Source: an uncultured Eubacteriales bacterium
GTDB taxonomy: Bacteria > Bacillota > Clostridia > RGIG6154
Length of the DNA: 64,000 bases
NCBI GenBank assembly: GCA_964568815.1
Contig: CAZMRY010000001.1
Span: 14,055-78,054 of the forward strand
Reading direction: 5' to 3'
Each line of letters begins with the position of its first letter. Position 1 is the first letter of the stretch. A program made the position numbers and the translations under genes. This document shows, in pieces, positions 1 to 10,843 of the stretch. The notes under the pieces are model-generated. The model was not told the origin of the DNA, searched no databases, and saw only the letters and a list, made by a program, of their open reading frames with translations.

Positions 1-696
1 TCATACCGTTTACCATTGCGAGCATAAGAACTGTTTTTATCACAGGTGAAAGCATAGGGATTGTTATTTTGAAAAATATCTGAAAAGCGTTTGCTCCATC
101 AATCTTTGCCGCTTCAAGGCAATCATCCGGAATGCCGCTTATACCTGACATAAAATAAAGCGTATTAATACAAAAACCTACCCATACACTTCTTAGCATA
201 ATAACAACAAAAGAACCATTGCTTGTACCGAGCCAGTTAACAGGTGCATCAATAATTCCTAAGCTCATAAGGATATTATTTACAGGACCGTTGAAGGTTG
301 CAAATATAAACGAAAAAATCATACAGTTTACGGCAATACCTGTCATCTTTGGAAGATAGAATCCAACCATAAAAAATCTTTTAAACTTAGCATATCCGCT
401 GGTAAGTGCAACTGCAACCAGAAAAGCAAGCGGTATTTCTAATAATAGCTTACCATACGCAATGATAAAGGTATTAACAACAGATCTCCAATATTGCGCA
501 TCTCTGAACGCACGAGTAAAGTTGTCAAGCCCTGACCACACAGCCGTAACACCGTCATAATCATAGAAGCCGTATCTAAATACCCATAAAATCGGATATA
601 TGCTAAATACTAAAAAGCCAATAATCTGAGGTGCTATCAAAGCATAAGATTGCAATGCCTTGCTCCTCTTGCTTGACAATTTAATTTTTCTCATAA
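1..696 (-). CDS. carbohydrate ABC transporter permease (MalF/UgpA-type), 5' part only; the gene runs off the window start
   Basis: Reverse complement of 667-696 reads ATG AGA AAA ATT AAA (MRKIKLSSKR). The hydrophobic TM protein contains the EAA-loop motif EAAKIDGANAFQIF typical of sugar ABC permeases. It is absent from the ORF track because it is truncated by the window edge. Confidence 0.7.
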
Positions 697-729
697 TAAT
701 CATCCCCTCTTTGTTTTAAATATAGATAT

Positions 730-2733
730 TCAATCAGTTACCATCCATACTGCCATTTTTGATTCTTCATTCCATAATTTACCAGCTGACGAATAGTCAG
801 TTAGCATAATCTTCTTCCCATTTTTTAAAGGAACATTTACAGCTACAATGTAATCATATGGAATATTTTCATCAGTCAGAGTAACATCCACATACCCGGC
901 TTCGTTAACTTCTATATCTATAGGCTCCATAATATCATATCCCAGACGGTTTTCCTGAGCGAGCATTATAGGTCCTCTTCTTAAAGCCACATGCTTTTTT
1001 GCAAGTTCGTCTTCTTTGTCATATGTAGGAATTACACAATTATGTCCCCATATAACTGTATTCATTAAAATCTGAGTACCATAAGGTATAGGATAAATTG
1101 CCTCTGTTCTCATATCAAGCTCTATTTCAATAATATCTCCATCTGACCAGATTCTTTTAATTGATGTATAACCATTTTCAACTTCTATTGAAGACGAATT
1201 CACATATATCTTATTTTTGTGACTCCACTCTGGAATTCTAATTGAAATTTCAAATTCTTCTATATTTTCAAGATGAATTTTAGTAGATATTTTACCATTC
1301 TTGGGGTATTCAGTATCAGTTTGAAAAGTAATTCTGTTATTTTGCGGAGTTTTTGTTGTTACAGTACCATTAATAAATAAGTTAAATACAAAACCCTCTT
1401 TAGAAGTAAGTAACTGAATTTTTGGTATTAATCCTACACCCAGAGCACCGATGCAAGCACAACAACCATAATAATGATTGTCAGACATAACCTTAAGTCC
1501 TCCGACTCCAGTTCCTCTTGTAGCCGCAGTAAGAGGACTGTAACTATCAAAGGTTAACGGCTCGATTACTAATTCAGGATACTTTTCTGTTAAGTATACC
1601 AACTTTTCAGCATTTGGATCTTCCAGCAAAATTGATGGTTTTGAAATATTTTCTGTATTTACAGAGCCTAAGTATGCGTTATACAAAGACCTTTCAAAGG
1701 CATCAACATATTTTGGATTACCCGTGAGAAGTGTTAACTGATAAAAGAATTTCATTAAAGTTACAGTTACGCAGGTTTCCTGCATATTTTTCCCGTTTGT
1801 TGTATTTGCTTGTCTGACAGTCGAGTGGTCAAACAATTCATGAGTGCAGCCACAGCATCCAATAACTGTAAAATCTGTTTCCAAAATCCTATCAGCAAAA
1901 TTTATAATGGCCGTTTTGTACTTCTCTACTTCCGTAATTCTATAATATTCCAAAAGACCTTCAAAGCAGGATGTCATTTCATAAGCCTTTGTTACAGGAT
2001 ACTGATACGGATATAGCTCATTTTTAAAAGCTAATTCAAAAATGTTTACAATATCTGCACCGCCTGTATTTACTATGTATGTTGCAAAATCTAAATATTT
2101 CTTTTCTTTTGTTATATTGTATAATCTGACAATAGGTTCTAGTATTGAAGAAGAATTCACTCCTCTCCAATGTCTCGTTGCAGAAGTAATGGGTTTCTTC
2201 CCCTCACCGTCACCGATTTTTTCAATTATGTAATCTACTTGTCTGCACATAGAAGCAATTATTTTTTTATTCAGCATTTCGTCTTTGGAAATTTCGAGAA
2301 AATATTGCATTCCAAGTAAAACATATTTTCTGCCCCAAATATCCCAGCCGTCAAACTCATGAGAAACGCTATAACTGCTTATACGCCCATCCGAACCTTG
2401 AACATCAAGCATATCACAAACTGTTTGAAGTAAAACATCATACAATTCATCATTTTTTGTATAAGAATATACAAAGCAGGCACCTCGCATCATTTTACCC
2501 CAGTATTCTCCACGCCATCCTGCATCACTATCGGCATCCTCACAAAACTGATTAACAAATCTTTTCCACAAAGTAGCATTTAGAAGTTGATTTTTTTCAA
2601 CAAAGCGTATGCTCTTCTCTAAAAAGCCATTGTATTCATACTCGTTTTCGCGATCAGCAAAATAAATATCTGTTTTTAGTTTTGGACTATCCGCTGAATT
2701 TACGCTGATTAAATATTTAAAATAACTATTCAT
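730..2733 (-). CDS. glycoside hydrolase family 127-like (DUF1680 / beta-L-arabinofuranosidase-like) protein
   Basis: 667 aa with an N-terminal WRGEYWGKMMRG-type motif and a Cys-rich segment (GCCGCTHELFDHS, YGCCACIGALG) resembling the GH127 fold. The family assignment is from memory of its motifs. Confidence 0.55.
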   Translation of the reverse strand: MNSYFKYLISVNSADSPKLKTDIYFADRENEYEYNGFLEKSIRFVEKNQLLNATLWKRFVNQFCEDADSDAGWRGEYWGKMMRGACFVYSYTKNDELYDVLLQTVCDMLDVQGSDGRISSYSVSHEFDGWDIWGRKYVLLGMQYFLEISKDEMLNKKIIASMCRQVDYIIEKIGDGEGKKPITSATRHWRGVNSSSILEPIVRLYNITKEKKYLDFATYIVNTGGADIVNIFELAFKNELYPYQYPVTKAYEMTSCFEGLLEYYRITEVEKYKTAIINFADRILETDFTVIGCCGCTHELFDHSTVRQANTTNGKNMQETCVTVTLMKFFYQLTLLTGNPKYVDAFERSLYNAYLGSVNTENISKPSILLEDPNAEKLVYLTEKYPELVIEPLTFDSYSPLTAATRGTGVGGLKVMSDNHYYGCCACIGALGVGLIPKIQLLTSKEGFVFNLFINGTVTTKTPQNNRITFQTDTEYPKNGKISTKIHLENIEEFEISIRIPEWSHKNKIYVNSSSIEVENGYTSIKRIWSDGDIIEIELDMRTEAIYPIPYGTQILMNTVIWGHNCVIPTYDKEDELAKKHVALRRGPIMLAQENRLGYDIMEPIDIEVNEAGYVDVTLTDENIPYDYIVAVNVPLKNGKKIMLTDYSSAGKLWNEESKMAVWMVTD

Positions 2734-2869
2734 TCAAGCATCCTTCCTGAAATAATATTAAATATATATCCTACGCTATCACTAGAAATATTTTAATATT
2801 TTTTCGTATTCTTTGCATTGATTCTTTATACCATTTCAGTTAAATTTTTCTTGCTATCTATCTTTTGAT

Positions 2870-4081
2870 TTATTCGTTTGGTCCTTCACCACAGTCAGGA
2901 ACATCCATAGGTACTCCACCCTGTTTTGCAGACTCTATGGCAACAAGTCCAGGGATTGTATATCTTGCTGCTTTCCATACATTAAGAATCGGTTGCTTAT
3001 TGTTATAAACTGCCTTACAGAAATCATCAATAAGGAATTTATGACTTCCCATATGACCATTTGGAAGACCATCATACTCTTTTGGAAGTCTGTCTACCTC
3101 TTTTTGCTGAACAGGAGAAAATACATCCCACTGCCATTCGTGATTTGCTGCCTTTGTTTTAAATTCAGGATCATTTTTGTTTGCAGTCATCTCGCCTGAA
3201 TTAACATATTCGCTCACATCTGTCAGTTTCATTTTTTCAGCTTCACCAGGTTTTGATATTCTTTGAATTAAAATATGCTGAGCATTACTGAACTCATAAC
3301 TGCCATCCACGCCATAAAATCCTGATATATATGAGCTTGGACTTTTATATCCTATTCTTCTGGCTTCAGTTACTCTTGCGATACCGCCATTTGAAAGCTC
3401 CATAAGCACATACTGATTGGAAAATTCGTTGTCCCATTCATTTGTTCCCTTACCAAATCTACCATCGTTAACTGTATCCTTGTAACCCATACATACAACT
3501 TTTTTTGCATAAGAATTTGTAGCCGACAGTATCATACCTGTAGAGTGTGTTGGATAGAACAAAGGTGGCATACCTGCTTCATTTGGAGTTTTCCCATATC
3601 CGATAGCATCAATATCGTGAAAATACTGGCTGTCGCCGTGTACAAATGTACCAAACTTTCCTTCTTGATATGCCGCTCTGCAGAACATAGCACATGGATA
3701 ATAATAGCATGTTTCACCCATCATATATATTTTTCCTGTTTGTCTTACAAGCTCTACAATTTCCTGACAATCTTCAACAGATGTAGCCATAGGAACAGCA
3801 CTATACAAATTTTTCCCTGCTTTGAGTGCCCGAATAACGATATCTCCATGTAAATGTCTTTGCGTGAAGTTAGCAATACAGTTAATATCAGGATTTGCCA
3901 GTGCATCCTCGTAGGTATCTATAATTTCTACATCAAATCTGGTTTTATAATCCTCCGCTTTTTCTCTGATCAGGTCGCACACATAAACTTTTTCAACATA
4001 AGGATGTGCTTTAAATAATGGAACAAAAAATTGTGCAAACCTACCGCAGCCGATAATAGCGACTGTTAATTTTTCATTCAT
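2870..4081 (-). CDS. Gfo/Idh/MocA family oxidoreductase
   Basis: N-terminal Rossmann motif VAIIGCGRFAQ at 403 aa, the typical length for NAD(P)-dependent sugar dehydrogenases of this family. Confidence 0.8.
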   Translation of the reverse strand: MNEKLTVAIIGCGRFAQFFVPLFKAHPYVEKVYVCDLIREKAEDYKTRFDVEIIDTYEDALANPDINCIANFTQRHLHGDIVIRALKAGKNLYSAVPMATSVEDCQEIVELVRQTGKIYMMGETCYYYPCAMFCRAAYQEGKFGTFVHGDSQYFHDIDAIGYGKTPNEAGMPPLFYPTHSTGMILSATNSYAKKVVCMGYKDTVNDGRFGKGTNEWDNEFSNQYVLMELSNGGIARVTEARRIGYKSPSSYISGFYGVDGSYEFSNAQHILIQRISKPGEAEKMKLTDVSEYVNSGEMTANKNDPEFKTKAANHEWQWDVFSPVQQKEVDRLPKEYDGLPNGHMGSHKFLIDDFCKAVYNNKQPILNVWKAARYTIPGLVAIESAKQGGVPMDVPDCGEGPNE

Positions 4082-4095
4082 CAGAATTCCTCCTG

Positions 4096-5106
4096 TTATA
4101 AATTAACCAAAACACCTTCGTCGGCAGATTTGTGAATGGACTGCATAATTTCTGTGAGGTGTCTTGCATAATCAAGTGTTACAATGTATGGTTTACCCTT
4201 TAAAGTTTCCGCAATCATTGAATAAATAGAATAGTGGTCACCAAAAATTTTACCCTCAAGAGTAATATTTGTTTTTTCTGTGTGAGTTACACTTCTATAA
4301 ACAGTTGGGTCATCTGCTCCAGGATATGAAATTTCATGGATTTCCATTTCGTTGCCCTTAACATAAATAGTACCCTTATCACCCTGCACAACCCAATTAG
4401 GAAGATAGTCAGATATAATATTGTGATCAACCTGCACTATTATACCGCTCTCTGTAACCATAGTTGAACAGAACATATCATCAGCATCGCCCGGATTGAT
4501 AATCTGTCTTTTTTGTGCATAAACTGACTTAATCGGCTCGCCAACCAGACACATAGCCTGTTCTACAATATGAGGACCCCAGTTGTTAAGGTATCCGCCT
4601 GCATAAGCCTTAAGAGTCTGCCAGTCGCTTCTTTTACCAAAAGTCATCTGGGCACGGTAAACACGAAATACTTTACCAATTTTACCTTCTTTGATTACTT
4701 CTTTAAGCTTAACAACATCAGCACCATCATGACAAGGAATGAAAGGCATAACAACTACATTATTTTTAGCAGCTTCACTTATAATTGAGTCTGCTTCATC
4801 TGTAGTAATAGCCCATGGCTTTGTAATAAGTACATTTTTTCCTGCACGAATAAAATCAAGTGCCATTGCAGTGTGCATAAAGCTGTATGTAAGAATGATT
4901 GCAAAATCATACTCATCGCTATTTAAAATTGTATGGTAATCAGTAACCTTTCTCGCATCAGGAAATCTTTCTGAATACTTGTCGAGAGCCTCCTGATTTA
5001 CATCACATATAACCTTAACCTCAAATTCAGGGTGTTTTTCAAGTACCGGTCCATGAAGTTCATTTGCAGTACGACCGCAACCTATAATCGCTGTTCTTAT
5101 TGCCAT
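4096..5106 (-). CDS. Gfo/Idh/MocA family oxidoreductase
   Basis: IRTAIIGCGRTANELHG Rossmann motif at 336 aa. Confidence 0.8.
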   Translation of the reverse strand: MAIRTAIIGCGRTANELHGPVLEKHPEFEVKVICDVNQEALDKYSERFPDARKVTDYHTILNSDEYDFAIILTYSFMHTAMALDFIRAGKNVLITKPWAITTDEADSIISEAAKNNVVVMPFIPCHDGADVVKLKEVIKEGKIGKVFRVYRAQMTFGKRSDWQTLKAYAGGYLNNWGPHIVEQAMCLVGEPIKSVYAQKRQIINPGDADDMFCSTMVTESGIIVQVDHNIISDYLPNWVVQGDKGTIYVKGNEMEIHEISYPGADDPTVYRSVTHTEKTNITLEGKIFGDHYSIYSMIAETLKGKPYIVTLDYARHLTEIMQSIHKSADEGVLVNL

Positions 5107-5120
5107 AATAAATTACTCCT

Positions 5121-5927
5121 TTATTTATAATTATTTATTGTATTCTTTAACATTGCGAGTGCTTTTTTCATACTTTCCAAGCCTTCGCCGTTTTTTGTTT
5201 CAAATGAAATTGTTCCGTCATAATTAATGTATACAAGATTATCAAGCACTTTTTTCACATAATCGCTGTAACCGTCTTCAGGCAGCATACGCTCCATCTC
5301 AGCTATATGAACATGCTTTAGGCTGTCCTTGTATTTAACAACATCATCTGCATTATCATCATTTGCTATCATATGAATAGTATCACAAAGAAGTTGAATT
5401 CTTGGGTTATTTACATCATTTACAACTCTCATACCATCTGCTAAAGTATTGATAAAGTTACAAGCAGACGCACGAAGAGGCTCCATAACCACTGTAATAT
5501 CATATTTTTCACAAGCAGGAACAATTATATCCTTACAGATTTTTGCTATTTGTTCATAGCCCATATCCTGTGTAGTTTTTTCGTCAAGAGCTCTTGCAGG
5601 TGCACTGCCAAACACAACTTTTTTAACTCCAAGTTTTTTTAAACGACCAAAGGTTTTTTCTATATAGTCAGAAATAGCCTTTTCATTAACTTCACTTCCT
5701 GTAACCCTTATTGTTCTTGGGAAAAGTGCACAACTACATTCACATCCAAGTTCAATTTCCTTAAGAACATTGCATAGCTTATCAAATTCTTCATCTGGTA
5801 CTGATTCAACAAGCATTGCTCTCATTTCTACGTAATCAAATCCTGCTTCCTTAATCATTTTTATAAGCTCATAGTCTATCTCCGTTTTCATTGGTGTTGA
5901 AAACTCTTTACAAAAACCATACTTCAC
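5121..5927 (-). CDS. sugar phosphate isomerase/epimerase (xylose-isomerase-like TIM barrel)
   Basis: 268 aa with size and composition typical of the AP-endonuclease-2 / xylose-isomerase-like TIM-barrel family. It sits within the sugar locus. Confidence 0.65.
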   Translation of the reverse strand: MKYGFCKEFSTPMKTEIDYELIKMIKEAGFDYVEMRAMLVESVPDEEFDKLCNVLKEIELGCECSCALFPRTIRVTGSEVNEKAISDYIEKTFGRLKKLGVKKVVFGSAPARALDEKTTQDMGYEQIAKICKDIIVPACEKYDITVVMEPLRASACNFINTLADGMRVVNDVNNPRIQLLCDTIHMIANDDNADDVVKYKDSLKHVHIAEMERMLPEDGYSDYVKKVLDNLVYINYDGTISFETKNGEGLESMKKALAMLKNTINNYK

Positions 5928-5930
5928 TTT

Positions 5931-6971
5931 CTAATCCTCCTTCGGTCCATAGAACCTTATAAGTTTCAATTTGCCTTTAATATCAAAATTTTCACAAACT
6001 GCAGAAATAAAATACTGACTACCTGGTTTTAGTTTTTCACCATTCAGCTCTCCGCAGCCTTCAAGGACATAAATACCACTAAACACACCGTTGCTCTTAA
6101 AGGTTTTTACTCCGTTAATATCAACCATATCAAGAGAAAACATCGGCGTATTCTCATAATTTAGAATGCTTTCACCTCGTTTTTCAATTTTCCATCTGTT
6201 CTTTATTTGATTTTCAGAGTATCCTTCATAAGTGAAACAATCAAACATTTTATCAAAACCAAGTCCCTGATGACACATAAAGTCAGCAACCTTTAGACCT
6301 TTAGGTGTAACCCTTTCTGTCCTGATTGTATAATCAGTAGGCTCTTGTACCTCAATCAAAAAGCAACCTGTCCCTATCGCATGTGGAATACCTCCCTCTA
6401 TAAGAAAGGTATCACCTTTTTTTACCTCAAATTTGTGAAGACAATCAAGCATTTTAGGAATATCTTGTTTATCAAAAACTTCCTTCCAATACTCTCTGGT
6501 AATGCCCTCTTTAAACCCAAAGTAGATACAAGGCTTTTGTCCATCAATTTCTCTCCCGCCTAATATATGCCAACATTCCGTCTTTCCAAACTCTGAATTG
6601 AAGAGCTCTCTCGCCTTTTCCTTTGTGGGATGAACTTGTATTGTCAATCTTTCAGCAGAGTCAATGATTTTAACCAAAACACCAAGATTATTTCCAAAAC
6701 GTTCAATATGTCTTTTGCCAAGTGTGTGCTCTGGATTCTCATTTACCACATCTGCAAGAGTTATATCCGTTCCATTAACAAAACTAATTCCCTCAACAAT
6801 ATCTTCTCTGCCACTGTTTCTTGCTCTTACCGTTGACATTATCCATTCTTCTGGAAAATTTGTATCCTCTGCATCATTTATACCATGAAGTGCATCAATC
6901 AAGCTTCCGCCTGTATATGTACGCCATGCACCTGTTCTGCTGAGTTTTATAGGCTTTTTAAGGTCAATCAT
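5931..6971 (-). CDS. class I mannose-6-phosphate isomerase (type I phosphomannose isomerase)
   Basis: 346 aa with the cupin core motifs LTIQVHP and GKTECWHIL characteristic of Firmicutes type I phosphomannose isomerases. Confidence 0.7.
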   Translation of the reverse strand: MIDLKKPIKLSRTGAWRTYTGGSLIDALHGINDAEDTNFPEEWIMSTVRARNSGREDIVEGISFVNGTDITLADVVNENPEHTLGKRHIERFGNNLGVLVKIIDSAERLTIQVHPTKEKARELFNSEFGKTECWHILGGREIDGQKPCIYFGFKEGITREYWKEVFDKQDIPKMLDCLHKFEVKKGDTFLIEGGIPHAIGTGCFLIEVQEPTDYTIRTERVTPKGLKVADFMCHQGLGFDKMFDCFTYEGYSENQIKNRWKIEKRGESILNYENTPMFSLDMVDINGVKTFKSNGVFSGIYVLEGCGELNGEKLKPGSQYFISAVCENFDIKGKLKLIRFYGPKED

Positions 6972-7759
6972 CTTGTTTTATCCTCGTTTGCAAAGTCACG
7001 GACTGTACCTGTTGGTCTGTGACTGAAGTTGAGTCTTTTAAGTCCGGCTTCTTTATCAGGCATAAAGTCAACCCACATGTAGTGCATATGTCTATCTCCC
7101 GTCACTTCTGCTCCGTGATTTGAGCCAAGGGGAATATGGATAATCGCGTCACCCTTCATATTATACTTGCCATCGTCAATGATAACTTCCATATCATTTT
7201 CTGCAAAGCTGTAGAAGAACTGGTCAAGCATTGGGTGTGCATGTGGTCTTACTAAATCATAACCATAAGACTCAACACTGCCAATTGTAAATCTTGGTAT
7301 AATTTCATGAGGAATCATCATTCTGCTGATGGTTTTTTCACTCTTGTTAGGATCAATATACTGAATAGATTCCTGATAAGGTACAATAACAGGAAATTCT
7401 GTCTTATATTCCTTTAAGTCCTCAGCATCGCCTTCTTCTTCGTCCCATTGAATTTCAAGAACACGGGTTTCAGCAATTGCTTTAACAACAAGGTCTTTTT
7501 TAGGATCTGATACAAATGTTGTTCTGTCATTAAATTTGTATTCCTTTTCATCTGTTGCAAACACTGCGTTTCCTTCTAAAAGAATTAAAATATGATAATA
7601 TCCAACATTTGCATCAAATGTTACACTGTCTCCCTCTGCAATTTTATGATGAACAGGTCTCGCACCATTGATTTCACCTTTGCAAAGTTCTACTGAATGT
7701 GTTCCTTCTTTTTTTGTATCTACATACTGAAAATTTACTGTGTCTGACATAATTAACAC
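6968..7759 (-). CDS. hypothetical protein, possibly cupin-fold, co-transcribed between the glycyl radical enzyme and the isomerase
   Basis: 263-aa ORF overlapping both neighbours by a few nt in a translational-coupling arrangement. No recognisable catalytic motif. Confidence 0.45.
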   Translation of the reverse strand: MLIMSDTVNFQYVDTKKEGTHSVELCKGEINGARPVHHKIAEGDSVTFDANVGYYHILILLEGNAVFATDEKEYKFNDRTTFVSDPKKDLVVKAIAETRVLEIQWDEEEGDAEDLKEYKTEFPVIVPYQESIQYIDPNKSEKTISRMMIPHEIIPRFTIGSVESYGYDLVRPHAHPMLDQFFYSFAENDMEVIIDDGKYNMKGDAIIHIPLGSNHGAEVTGDRHMHYMWVDFMPDKEAGLKRLNFSHRPTGTVRDFANEDKTR

Positions 7760-9972
7760 TCCTCCGTCTTAATTTTATTTCCATTTACAGATGTTACCCT
7801 ATCCACAACAAGTTGCCTGAATTCCTCAGAAAGCATCGCGAAAAACGCTGTAAATCCTGTAACTCTAACTACAAGATCAGGATACTTAAACGGATCTTTG
7901 TGTGCCTCAAGGATTTTGTTGGCATCAATTATATTAATATTTAAAAGGGTATTCCCTGTGTTCATAATAGTTCGAATCATATCTGCCATTTTGTCAATTC
8001 CTTCTTCATCATTGACAATACCCGGATCAAACTCAAGTTGAACAGGAGCACAGTTTCCATAACCTGGCTGAATTGCGCCAATAGAGTTGCACATTGCAGA
8101 AACTGCTCCGTCTTTTCTAAAACCGCCATTCGGATTAGCACCATGATTTATCGCCTCGTAGGCTTTTCTGCCGTTTGGAGTAGCAGCAACAGTTTTGCCA
8201 AGACCAATTGTGTTTGACCAAGAAAAGAAACCGGGTATAAAGTTAATACCTGGATGCTGATTATTCAGGTCACGCACTAAGCTTGTGTAAATCTCGCTGA
8301 CTTTCTTTGCCCACACATCACCAAGAGTATCTCCTCCACAGTAACGCTCACTATGTTGCATCAGCTGACGAATGTATTCGCCATCTTTATCCTCATAGTT
8401 GTTTTTCATATGCTCTGTAAGTTCTTCAAAAGAGATTTTGCCCTCTTTTTCTATTCTTTGCTCAAGCGCCGCAAAGCTATCTGCTACAACTGCTATACCG
8501 CTGCCGTCAACACACATATTATAGTAGTTGGCACCGCCATCTGTAATATTAACACCTTTTTCAATCAGTCCGTGCTGGAAAAGATTTAATATAAGTTCAG
8601 GTTGTGTTTTTGACTGATACTTAAGATGATGCATAATTCCGTTTCCTGTTGCATCAACGGCAATTTTAAGATGTTTTTGATAAATTTCCCAAAGTTTGCT
8701 TACTGACTTTTCTTCAGACTCTTCCATCATTTCGTAATATGCAACTTCAAATGTCTTGAGTAAATTTATTTTAATTGTGTCATTCATTGTATATTCCATA
8801 CCCGGTATACACATCCAATGACATCCTGCTGCAACTCTTTTTCTGGCAAGCTCAAGTGGATATCCACATTTCATAAAACCTTCAGCAAGAGCTGTATCAG
8901 AAGAATATCTTGGCCACCCCTGTTTGTTTTTGAAAAGGTACGCAACTGATTTCTTAAAAAATTCTTCATCCAAATTGTCGTGAACACGAATTGTAAGGTT
9001 ACAAGCTATGTTTATTTTATCAGCTGCATCGAGGCAAAGGTAGGATATCTTTGATGTCATATCCTTTCCGTTTGCATCAGGTCCTCCAAGCTGAAAATAT
9101 CTGCTGTCCTGTAAGAAAAGACAAGCAAGATAGAACACAGCTTCCTCGTCAGTTAAAATGCCATCTTTAGTATCTTTCTCATAGTAGGGTCGAAGCATTT
9201 CATCAAGTTGACCTCCCGCGCTTCCCCTGTTGTATGTACGAGAAAGCATACTGAACCAACACATCCACTGAATTGCTTCTTTGAAAGTTTCAGGTGGCAC
9301 CGTTGCGATTTTCTTATTCATTTTTGCCATTTCATAGAGATTTTCCTTGAGCTGAGGATTATTTTCCTTATCTCCGAGTTCTTTAATCTCACTTGCCATT
9401 CTGTTCAAAAAACGGATAATTGCTTCTACAACTGCAATTTCGCTGTCATAAAACTCATAATGTGTTTCGTTGTGCAATTTTCTTTGTTCTTTAAGCTTAT
9501 CAAGTATGCCACCCCACCCAAGTTCAAAGCCTATCTGTAAGTCAGGCGTAAAGTGGTGGCAATTATCAATACCCGAAATTATATTATATTTGTCAAATAA
9601 CTTTTGTAGTTCATCAAACGGGTAAGCAGGATTCCACTTCTTATCAACTGGTCTCAATCTTTCTAAAAACAGAAATCCCTTGCCCACAAATGCATCTAAC
9701 GGCTCACAATAAAGCGGATGCTGATCCAATATGGAACAGTAATTTTCTGTCCACGCCTTATAACCATAAATAGAACCGTTTTCGTGATTTGGCTTTAACT
9801 TGTAATTAAATTCATTTTGAACAATCAGACCATAATCATCTTCATTTGCTCCACCATTTCTGGCTTTTTCTTCAGTTTGTGCCACCTTTCTTTTTCGAAG
9901 TAAGGCAATTCTTTCATCATAAGTAAAGGTTTTATCTGTTTCAAACTGATTTATAAATTTAATTTCACTCAC
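7753..9972 (-). CDS. glycyl radical enzyme (pyruvate formate-lyase fold) of unknown substrate
   Basis: 739 aa with a C-terminal glycyl-radical motif VVRVTGFTAFFAML (the RVxGY-type Gly loop, here with Phe replacing Tyr). A dedicated activase lies two genes upstream, and there is an internal Cys-containing loop AAGCHWMCIPG. Confidence 0.8.
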   Translation of the reverse strand: MSEIKFINQFETDKTFTYDERIALLRKRKVAQTEEKARNGGANEDDYGLIVQNEFNYKLKPNHENGSIYGYKAWTENYCSILDQHPLYCEPLDAFVGKGFLFLERLRPVDKKWNPAYPFDELQKLFDKYNIISGIDNCHHFTPDLQIGFELGWGGILDKLKEQRKLHNETHYEFYDSEIAVVEAIIRFLNRMASEIKELGDKENNPQLKENLYEMAKMNKKIATVPPETFKEAIQWMCWFSMLSRTYNRGSAGGQLDEMLRPYYEKDTKDGILTDEEAVFYLACLFLQDSRYFQLGGPDANGKDMTSKISYLCLDAADKINIACNLTIRVHDNLDEEFFKKSVAYLFKNKQGWPRYSSDTALAEGFMKCGYPLELARKRVAAGCHWMCIPGMEYTMNDTIKINLLKTFEVAYYEMMEESEEKSVSKLWEIYQKHLKIAVDATGNGIMHHLKYQSKTQPELILNLFQHGLIEKGVNITDGGANYYNMCVDGSGIAVVADSFAALEQRIEKEGKISFEELTEHMKNNYEDKDGEYIRQLMQHSERYCGGDTLGDVWAKKVSEIYTSLVRDLNNQHPGINFIPGFFSWSNTIGLGKTVAATPNGRKAYEAINHGANPNGGFRKDGAVSAMCNSIGAIQPGYGNCAPVQLEFDPGIVNDEEGIDKMADMIRTIMNTGNTLLNINIIDANKILEAHKDPFKYPDLVVRVTGFTAFFAMLSEEFRQLVVDRVTSVNGNKIKTEEC

Positions 9973-9991
9973 AATAATACCTCCTTAAAGA

Positions 9992-10843
9992 TTACACTCC
10001 ACTGTAGGCAGAAAATCCTCCGTCTACAGGTACTACAACACCATTTACAAATGTTGCACCTTCTGACAAAAGCCACAACAGTGTGCCTCTTAGTTCTTCA
10101 GGCGTACCAAAACGATTCATCGGAGTGCTGTTAATTATCTTTTGCGACCTTTCTGTGTAGTTCCCATTCTCATCAATAAGCAAAGCTTTATTTTGATTAG
10201 TTAAGAAAAAGCCAGGTGCTATTGCATTCACCCTGATTCCAACTTTTGAGAAATGTACAGCAAGCCACTGTGTAAAGTTTGATATTGCTGCTTTTGCACC
10301 ACTATATGCAGGTATTCTTGTTAATGGGCAAAAAGCATTCATAGATGAAATATTTATAATGTTTGCATCCTCTGATTCTATTAAATCAGGGGTAAAAACT
10401 TGAGTTGGTAATAATGTACCAAGAAAATTAAGATTAAAAACAAATTCAATTCCTTTTGGATCTAAATCAAAAAATGTTTTTATCTCTTCACAATTTTCAT
10501 CACCAATTTCATAATAATCCTTGGTAGTTGTTCCCTTTGAATTATTACCTCCCGCTCCATTTAACAGTATATCAATTTTTCCATATTTTTCATTGATAAT
10601 ACGCTTTGCATTAACAAGGCTTTGTTTTTCGAGTACATTTGTTGATATTGCAATCGCTTCTCCACCATCATTAACTATTTCATCTACAACTTTTTGTGCT
10701 GCTTCGCCATTTAAATCAAGCACCGCAACCTTTGAGCCACATTTTGCAATTACTTTTGCAAAGTCGGAACACAAAATGCCGCCACCACCGGTAACTACTG
10801 CAACTTTATCTTTTAAATCAATTTCAAAAGGTAATTTAATCAC
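9992..10843 (-). CDS. short-chain dehydrogenase/reductase (SDR), likely mannonate or other sugar-acid oxidoreductase
   Basis: VAVVTGGGGILCSDFAKVIAKCGSKVAVLD Rossmann motif and SDR length. It overlaps the start of uxuA by 4 nt. Confidence 0.8.
   Translation of the reverse strand: MIKLPFEIDLKDKVAVVTGGGGILCSDFAKVIAKCGSKVAVLDLNGEAAQKVVDEIVNDGGEAIAISTNVLEKQSLVNAKRIINEKYGKIDILLNGAGGNNSKGTTTKDYYEIGDENCEEIKTFFDLDPKGIEFVFNLNFLGTLLPTQVFTPDLIESEDANIINISSMNAFCPLTRIPAYSGAKAAISNFTQWLAVHFSKVGIRVNAIAPGFFLTNQNKALLIDENGNYTERSQKIINSTPMNRFGTPEELRGTLLWLLSEGATFVNGVVVPVDGGFSAYSGV

Noticed and set aside
1810-2233. Short plus-strand ORFs (68 and 63 aa) inside the GH127-like gene, with similar antisense ORFs inside most large genes (e.g. 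2993-3199, 3545-3853, 4570-4939, 6345-6888, 8353-8589, 9208-9540, 10521-10880, 11078-11938)
   Set aside because: They lie entirely antisense within well-supported long CDSs, lack SD sequences, and show low-complexity translations. They are ORF-finder noise in an AT-rich genome.
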